Positions 63,701 to 64,000 of a stretch of 64,000 nucleotides of DNA are shown here, piece after piece (the first letter of the stretch is position 1; every line of letters begins with the position of its first letter). This stretch comes from Lytechinus pictus. Lineage: Eukaryota. Under the pieces are notes generated by a model. That model saw nothing but the letters and a program-made list of their open reading frames with translations, was not told the DNA's origin and searched no databases. The translations under genes and the position numbers were made by a program. The DNA lies in assembly GCF_037042905.1 (NCBI RefSeq), contig NC_087250.1:22384001-22448000 (forward strand), written 5' to 3'.

Positions 63701-63916
63701 AATGCTGATGTGCACAAACAATTTACTGAGCTACAACTAGAAATCGTATGATAATTAATTGTAATGCGTTATGCTAATTAATAGTATTTTTGTTACATCA
63801 TCAGATTGCATTTGAAGCTGTGTCAACTGGTGCGTTAAAGGGAGATATAGCAATTGATGACGTCGATGTAGACCCATACTCTTGTGGAACTAGTCCTTCC
63901 TCCATTCCAGTAATTT
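616..63916 (+). CDS. Giant MAM and LDL-receptor class A domain-containing protein (MALRD1/AEGP-like), internal part; 64 exons, ~3,490 aa, partial at both ends
   Basis: Repeated MAM motifs (CxFE..C.W/Y, DxFDW, TGP..DHT.G, Y.Y.E, C..FWYHMYG, W..G, IxFEG...GDIAIDD...G.C) and three LDLa modules. All 64 exons have AG/GT boundaries and compatible phases, giving one open frame (10,471 nt). Orthology is not established, so no symbol is given. Confidence 0.93.
971..1117 (+). CDS. Exon 2 (M1)
   Basis: [24 protein letters not shown]...DVTYGTAF|gtaag. Confidence 0.9.
2176..2330 (+). CDS. Exon 3 (M1)
   Basis: [22 protein letters not shown]...[14 protein letters not shown]|gtaagt. Confidence 0.9.
3217..3412 (+). 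CDS. Exon 4 (M1)
   Basis: TQNADAS...GNQGNQW...[18 protein letters not shown]|gtaag. Confidence 0.9.
3829..4107. mobile_element. MITE (Harbinger/PHIS-like, GG..CC ends)
   Basis: TIRs ctgggtcccgtcttacaaagagttacgattgatccaatcaatcgcaact / agttgcgattgatcggatcaaccgcaactctttgtaagacagaccccag. Confidence 0.8.
4139..4282 (+). CDS. Exon 5 (M2)
   Basis: [22 protein letters not shown]...[14 protein letters not shown]|gtaat. Confidence 0.9.
4400..4640 (-). mobile_element. tRNA-derived SINE (degenerate)
   Basis: Minus-strand head GGTCGTGTGGTCCAGTGGTTAGAGC...ACTTCGAATC (A/B boxes) running into non-tRNA body; 3' end approximate. Confidence 0.6.
4950..5082 (-). mobile_element. SINE fragment related to 63020-63307
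   Basis: acctgagttgagtgcagcacattgtgaatcaatttcttgccgaa matches 63178-63222. Confidence 0.6.
5180..5333 (+). CDS. Exon 6 (M2)
   Basis: [22 protein letters not shown]...[10 protein letters not shown]...LRLY|gtaagt (phase 2). Confidence 0.9.
5390..5710 (-). mobile_element. tRNA-derived SINE with Deu/Nin-like central domain
   Basis: Head GTAGCTCAGTTGGTTAGAGCG...GGTTCGAATCCC; body ...CACGTTAAAACC...AAAGAGTAGGGTGTTCACCCGGTGT resembles the Deu domain (recalled, not searched). Confidence 0.7.
6303..6423 (+). CDS. Exon 7 (M2)
   Basis: [40 protein letters not shown]|gtaaag. Confidence 0.88.
7526..7610 (+). CDS. Exon 8 (M2)
   Basis: [28 protein letters not shown]|gtatg. Confidence 0.9.
7662..8076. 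mobile_element. Fold-back MITE, Harbinger/PHIS-like, AAT TSD
   Basis: aat|GGCCCGAATTCACAAAGGTGGTTTTGAAAACC ... GGTTTTCAAAACCACCTTTGTGAATTTGGGCC|aat; inverted arms run almost to the centre. Confidence 0.88.
8732..8905 (+). CDS. Exon 9 (linker + M3)
   Basis: [35 protein letters not shown]...DHTSGT|gtgat. Confidence 0.9.
9667..9926 (+). CDS. Exon 10 (M3)
   Basis: [19 protein letters not shown]...[10 protein letters not shown]...NSTDPTK|gtaaaa. Confidence 0.9.
10003..10409. mobile_element. Tc1/mariner-like MITE (degenerate)
   Basis: ta|CAGGGTGATTCC ... GGAATCGCCCTG|ca. Confidence 0.55.
10550..10640 (+). CDS. Exon 11 (M3)
   Basis: [30 protein letters not shown]|gtgtgt. Confidence 0.88.
11068..11217 (+). 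CDS. Exon 12 (M4)
   Basis: [22 protein letters not shown]...PDKTSGVVG|gtaag. Confidence 0.9.
11727..11992 (+). CDS. Exon 13 (M4)
   Basis: [20 protein letters not shown]...CLGLWYH...SRAPYQ|gtaag. Confidence 0.88.
12632..12722 (+). CDS. Exon 14 (M4)
   Basis: [30 protein letters not shown]|gtacg. Confidence 0.88.
13098..13235 (+). CDS. Exon 15 (M5)
   Basis: [21 protein letters not shown]...[13 protein letters not shown]|gtatg; A-rich acceptor. Confidence 0.85.
13396..16710 (+). mobile_element. Non-autonomous Helentron (Helitron2/HINE/DINE-1-like) composite with duplicated 5' end
   Basis: 5' subTIR ATTAGGTGGTCTGTCATGA overlapping hairpin CTGTCAT-gaat-ATGACAG; 3' subTIR TCATGACAGACCACCTAAT (16663-16681), then 9-bp hairpin TAATTCGTC-cgcat-GACGAATTA and CTAG-TT; no Rep/helicase ORF. 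Confidence 0.75.
13397..15239 (+). repeat. 681-bp direct repeat (13397-14077 and 14559-15239), identical by eye
   Basis: Offset 1162 bp; the ORF track gives identical peptides for both copies. Confidence 0.93.
16925..17059 (+). CDS. Exon 16 (M5)
   Basis: [10 protein letters not shown]...[12 protein letters not shown]|gtagg. Confidence 0.88.
17354..17584 (+). CDS. Exon 17 (M5)
   Basis: LASLLGST...[11 protein letters not shown]...[16 protein letters not shown]|gtatt. Confidence 0.88.
18453..18596 (+). CDS. Exon 18 (M6)
   Basis: [25 protein letters not shown]...[11 protein letters not shown]|gtaaa. Confidence 0.9.
19178..19437 (+). CDS. Exon 19 (M6)
   Basis: [20 protein letters not shown]...[10 protein letters not shown]...DTYAFR|gtaag. 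Confidence 0.9.
19650..21800 (+). repeat. ~163-bp tandem repeat array (~10 units, interrupted by a MITE)
   Basis: Unit cat(c)ataacttt...ctagttcatgaaacttgg...tttcaggtcacatgacc...ggtcaatgaactt recurs at ~19679, 19871, 20035, 20198, 20965, 21129, 21292, 21454, 21615, 21776. Confidence 0.9.
20318..20918. mobile_element. Kolobok-like MITE, TTAA TSD, nested in the tandem array
   Basis: ttaa|AGGTCAAGTCCACCCCA ... TGGGGTGGACTTGTCCT|ttaa; long TIRs; empty site ggtcatttaaggtcaatg in a neighbouring repeat unit (~21239). Confidence 0.88.
22507..22591 (+). CDS. Exon 20 (M6)
   Basis: [28 protein letters not shown]|gtgac. Confidence 0.9.
23379..23525 (+). CDS. Exon 21 (M7)
   Basis: [24 protein letters not shown]...DATYGTVY|gtagg. 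Confidence 0.9.
24079..24230 (+). CDS. Exon 22 (M7)
   Basis: [21 protein letters not shown]...[10 protein letters not shown]...LDVK|gtaaa. Confidence 0.9.
24768..24960 (+). CDS. Exon 23 (M7)
   Basis: [10 protein letters not shown]...GNLGNSW...[18 protein letters not shown]|gtatt. Confidence 0.9.
25200..25271 (-). tRNA. trnQ-TTG: tRNA-Gln (anticodon TTG), intronic
   Basis: GGCCCCATGGTGTAATGGTTAGCACTCTGGACTTTGAATCCAGCGATCCGAGTTCAAATCCCGGTGGGACCT; cloverleaf with anticodon arm CTGGA-CT TTG AA-TCCAG; oligo-T Pol III terminator follows. Confidence 0.93.
25790..25861 (+). tRNA. trnQ-TTG: tRNA-Gln (anticodon TTG), intronic
   Basis: Same 72-nt sequence as the minus-strand copy; followed by TCTTTTTTTTT terminator. 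Confidence 0.93.
26370..26729 (+). repeat. Minisatellite of 26-bp subunits mostly alternating as a 52-bp dimer
   Basis: ggatctattcgtattagatactttat / ggatctattcatatcgtatgcttttt repeated. Confidence 0.9.
26896..27486. mobile_element. Kolobok-like MITE, second copy of the 20318-20918 family
   Basis: ttaa|AGGAAAAGTCCACCCCA ... GGGGGTGGACTTGTCCT|ttaa; colinear with first copy. Confidence 0.88.
27576..27716 (+). CDS. Exon 24 (M8)
   Basis: [22 protein letters not shown]...DHTLGNAQ|gtatg. Confidence 0.9.
27942..28090 (+). mobile_element. 5'-truncated LINE remnant (CR1/L2-group ORF2 C-terminus + 3' UTR)
   Basis: [31 protein letters not shown] (27942-28037) fits the WNxL...SFK terminus; downstream stem-loop cgatgca...tgcatcg. 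Confidence 0.65.
28553..28818 (+). CDS. Exon 25 (M8)
   Basis: [18 protein letters not shown]...FWYHMYG...[10 protein letters not shown]...NGDGMM|gtaagt. Confidence 0.9.
29370..29602. mobile_element. MITE with CACTG-type end (CACTA/EnSpm-like)
   Basis: cactgcaaaacaccagtgtcaatttaacaccag ... ctggtgttaaatctacaccagaattttgcagt. Confidence 0.6.
30672..30756 (+). CDS. Exon 26 (M8)
   Basis: [28 protein letters not shown]|gtaaa. Confidence 0.9.
31358..31528 (+). CDS. Exon 27 (linker + M9)
   Basis: [24 protein letters not shown]...DHTTGT|gtgag. Confidence 0.9.
32218..32477 (+). CDS. Exon 28 (M9)
   Basis: [18 protein letters not shown]...[10 protein letters not shown]...SSQNYQ|gtggg. Confidence 0.9.
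33082..33175 (+). CDS. Exon 29 (M9)
   Basis: [31 protein letters not shown]|gtaag. Confidence 0.9.
33210..33557 (-). mobile_element. Full-length tRNA-derived SINE with (TAT)n tail
   Basis: Head GACGTTGTGGTGTAGCGG...GTTCGAATCCC; tail AAGCGCTATATAAATGCGGAATATTATTATT; nearly identical to 45409-45723. Confidence 0.85.
34071..34202 (+). CDS. Exon 30 (M10)
   Basis: [22 protein letters not shown]...VDKSSNTAT|gtatg. Confidence 0.9.
34413..34694. mobile_element. MITE-like inverted-repeat element
   Basis: taatcctgggtttaggggactaacttatttgca ... tgcaaataacttagttacctaaaacccaggatta. Confidence 0.65.
34813..35063 (+). CDS. Exon 31 (M10)
   Basis: [20 protein letters not shown]...CVQFWYYH...GDNVE|gtaga. 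Confidence 0.88.
35549..35639 (+). CDS. Exon 32 (M10)
   Basis: [30 protein letters not shown]|gtaat. Confidence 0.88.
36274..36411 (+). CDS. Exon 33 (M11)
   Basis: [21 protein letters not shown]...DHTLGTIQ|gtaat. Confidence 0.9.
36923..37045 (+). CDS. Exon 34 (M11)
   Basis: [18 protein letters not shown]...[11 protein letters not shown]|gtaaa. Confidence 0.9.
37917..38141 (+). CDS. Exon 35 (M11)
   Basis: MGTLNIFLQ...GDQGNRW...[18 protein letters not shown]|gtgagt. Confidence 0.9.
38713..38901 (+). CDS. Exon 36 (P/T linker + M12)
   Basis: [28 protein letters not shown]...DHTLQNKN|gtgtg. Confidence 0.88.
39599..39772 (+). CDS. Exon 37 (M12)
   Basis: [18 protein letters not shown]...[10 protein letters not shown]...DDGVT|gtaat. 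Confidence 0.88.
40096..40278 (+). CDS. Exon 38 (M12)
   Basis: [15 protein letters not shown]...[18 protein letters not shown]|gtaag. Confidence 0.9.
41132..41269 (+). CDS. Exon 39 (M13)
   Basis: [22 protein letters not shown]...DHTLGTND|gtgag. Confidence 0.9.
42010..42135 (+). CDS. Exon 40 (M13)
   Basis: [22 protein letters not shown]...CVEFWYSLS|gtaag. Confidence 0.88.
42417..42502 (+). CDS. Exon 41 (M13)
   Basis: ccag|[28 protein letters not shown]|gtgag; needed to bridge phase 1 to phase 0. Confidence 0.8.
43087..43246 (+). CDS. Exon 42 (M13)
   Basis: [10 protein letters not shown]...[18 protein letters not shown]|gtctg. Confidence 0.85.
43330..43680. repeat. (TAG)n-type low-complexity tract interrupted by a ~100-bp GC-rich insert (43517-43620)
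   Basis: tagtagtag runs on both sides of aggccgcataaacggggg...ccacgggcct. Confidence 0.75.
43781..44070 (+). CDS. Exon 43 (M14)
   Basis: [11 protein letters not shown]...[15 protein letters not shown]...CFSLWYHM...GTLN|gtaagt. Confidence 0.9.
44746..44856 (+). CDS. Exon 44 (M14)
   Basis: [37 protein letters not shown]|gtatg. Confidence 0.85.
45131..45329 (+). CDS. Exon 45 (end M14 + LDLa-1)
   Basis: ILIEGVL...DIAIDD...[41 protein letters not shown]|gtatg. Confidence 0.9.
45409..45723 (-). mobile_element. tRNA-derived SINE, 5'-truncated, same family as 33210-33557
   Basis: Near-identical body and tail; lacks the first ~35 nt of the head. Confidence 0.85.
46323..46589 (+). CDS. Exon 46 (M15)
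   Basis: [11 protein letters not shown]...[13 protein letters not shown]...[14 protein letters not shown]|gtaag. Confidence 0.9.
46807..46934 (+). CDS. Exon 47 (M15)
   Basis: [42 protein letters not shown]|gtata. Confidence 0.85.
47031..47305. mobile_element. Harbinger-like MITE (degenerate)
   Basis: taa|GGCTTGGTCCCACTG ... CAGTGGGACCAGGACC; internal acggat/atccgt motifs. Confidence 0.5.
47325..47550. repeat. (ATG/GAT)n microsatellite-derived tract
   Basis: gatgatgatgat... runs. Confidence 0.85.
47589..47793 (+). CDS. Exon 48 (end M15 + LDLa-2)
   Basis: INFLALPN...[11 protein letters not shown]...[36 protein letters not shown]|gttcgt. Confidence 0.88.
48521..48777 (+). CDS. Exon 49 (M16)
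   Basis: [17 protein letters not shown]...[13 protein letters not shown]...ITTCT|gtgagt. Confidence 0.9.
49296..49460 (+). CDS. Exon 50 (M16)
   Basis: [21 protein letters not shown]...ITNADYQ|gtttg. Confidence 0.87.
49828..50077 (+). CDS. Exon 51 (end M16 + P/T linker + LDLa-3)
   Basis: [10 protein letters not shown]...[11 protein letters not shown]...[46 protein letters not shown]|gttgg. Confidence 0.9.
50633..51270 (+). mobile_element. Solo LTR (Gypsy-like), 638 bp, nested in a degenerate MITE
   Basis: gtaa|TGTTATGT ... ACACGACA|gtaa: TG..CA ends, imperfect terminal IR, 4-bp TSD GTAA; TATA-like ATATAAAT (~50954) and ATTAAA (~51176). Confidence 0.75.
51623..51736 (+). CDS. Exon 52 (M17)
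   Basis: [37 protein letters not shown]|gtatg. Confidence 0.87.
52737..52978 (+). CDS. Exon 53 (M17)
   Basis: PGWYLQN...[15 protein letters not shown]...WQQG...GRIQ|gtaag. Confidence 0.88.
54220..54328 (+). CDS. Exon 54 (M17)
   Basis: [36 protein letters not shown]|gtagg. Confidence 0.85.
55178..55318 (+). CDS. Exon 55 (M18)
   Basis: [24 protein letters not shown]...DHTTGT|gtgggt (donor lies in a MITE end). Confidence 0.88.
55319..55485. mobile_element. MITE inserted exactly at the exon 55 donor site
   Basis: cag|GTGGGTGTTTCATGAAGCTGTTCGTAAGTTAAGA ... TCTTAACTTACAAACAACTTTATGAAACGGGCCC|ctg gtatgt; inner IR gactggtgatcctttctt / aagaaaggatcaccagtc. Confidence 0.85.
55909..56165 (+). CDS. 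Exon 56 (M18)
   Basis: [18 protein letters not shown]...[10 protein letters not shown]...SSSWA|gtgagt. Confidence 0.9.
56886..56976 (+). CDS. Exon 57 (M18)
   Basis: [30 protein letters not shown]|gtaag. Confidence 0.9.
57385..57575 (+). mobile_element. tRNA-derived SINE (degenerate)
   Basis: TGGCTCAGTCGGTAGAGC (A box) ... GATTCGATTCCC (B box) followed by gtgccctttggtaaggcattt body. Confidence 0.65.
57715..57852 (+). CDS. Exon 58 (M19)
   Basis: [21 protein letters not shown]...DHTTGTAQ|gtagg. Confidence 0.9.
58532..58729 (+). CDS. Exon 59 (M19)
   Basis: [22 protein letters not shown]...CLTFWNH...KLWTQN|gtatg. Confidence 0.88.
59240..59390. mobile_element. Small degenerate MITE (cag GG..CC ctg ends)
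   Basis: cagggttctgttttaagaaaaaact ... agttttatgacacagacccctg. Confidence 0.5.
59423..59575 (+). CDS. Exon 60 (M19)
   Basis: [10 protein letters not shown]...[17 protein letters not shown]|gtaaa. Confidence 0.9.
59648..59813. mobile_element. Young MITE with ~54-bp near-perfect TIRs
   Basis: ataaggtatatcactaatcagaaccgcaatgcattatgggattgcaaaaggggc / gccccatttgcgatcccataatgcattgcggttctgattagcgatataccttat. Confidence 0.88.
60220..60360 (+). CDS. Exon 61 (M20)
   Basis: [22 protein letters not shown]...DHTYGTAF|gtaag. Confidence 0.9.
60392..60717. mobile_element. Two adjacent piggyBac-like MITE relics (60396-60533 and 60575-60713)
   Basis: ttaa|CCCTT...AAGGG|ttga and ttaa|CCCTTT...AAAGAG|ttaa. 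Confidence 0.45.
61337..61471 (+). CDS. Exon 62 (M20)
   Basis: [11 protein letters not shown]...[12 protein letters not shown]|gtatg. Confidence 0.9.
61825..62113 (-). mobile_element. tRNA-derived SINE sharing its head with the 33210 family
   Basis: Shared gagagtggcaaagtgtggatt.acgccttgccaaaggacgctaggccatggtgggattc; different middle; (TAT)n tail. Confidence 0.8.
62229..62850 (+). repeat. Four ~175-bp degenerate tandem units, the last containing the true exon 63 acceptor
   Basis: gttgac...tttatac(t/c)g(a/c)c(a/g)g...gacctaaa...tgataga.tcat at ~62229, 62411, 62578, 62754. Confidence 0.8.
62799..62929 (+). CDS. Exon 63 (M20)
   Basis: [32 protein letters not shown]...DEYQ|gtgat. Confidence 0.9.
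63020..63307 (-). mobile_element. tRNA-derived SINE (degenerate)
   Basis: Head GGAGCGTTGTGGCCCAGTGG; core ...ACTCAACCCAGGTAAAGTGAATGGGTACC; tail AGCTATATAAGC..ATTATT. Confidence 0.7.
63805..63916 (+). CDS. Exon 64 (end M20)
   Basis: [37 protein letters not shown]|gtaagt. Confidence 0.87.
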
Positions 63917-64000
63917 GTAAGTATAGTTTTATATATTAATAGCTAAAGCGTTTACTGAACATATTCTGTATGTTATATTTCCATCATAGCTTGTATGATT

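Noticed and set aside
616..63916. Cluster of separate MAM genes or a Dscam-like mutually exclusive exon array
   Set aside because: Exons follow strict domain order in one frame with no internal start or stop, and there are no tandem alternatives of the same exon.

Overview
AT-rich animal genomic DNA. A marine deuterostome such as a sea urchin is my inference from the repeat families and gene type; it is not verified. The whole window is the interior of one large + strand gene for a MAM and LDL-receptor class A domain-containing protein (MALRD1/apical-endosomal-glycoprotein-like). I traced 64 GT-AG exons (616..63916, 10,471 coding nt, about 3,490 aa) that join in one open frame. They encode the end of one MAM domain (M0), 20 complete MAM domains (M1-M20) and 3 LDLa modules; start and stop lie outside the window. 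The introns hold two identical, divergently oriented tRNA-Gln(TTG) genes, two Helentron/HINE-like elements, Kolobok-, Tc1/mariner-, piggyBac- and Harbinger-like MITEs, tRNA-derived SINEs, a solo LTR, a LINE 3' remnant and tandem repeats. The most notable points are a MITE that appears to supply an exon's splice donor, a six-MAM block duplication recorded in the exon structure, and a Helentron-like element with an apparently identical 681-bp duplicated 5' end and a tRNA-like cassette. I found no prokaryotic-type system such as CRISPR or an operon. Coordinates and identities were read by eye.
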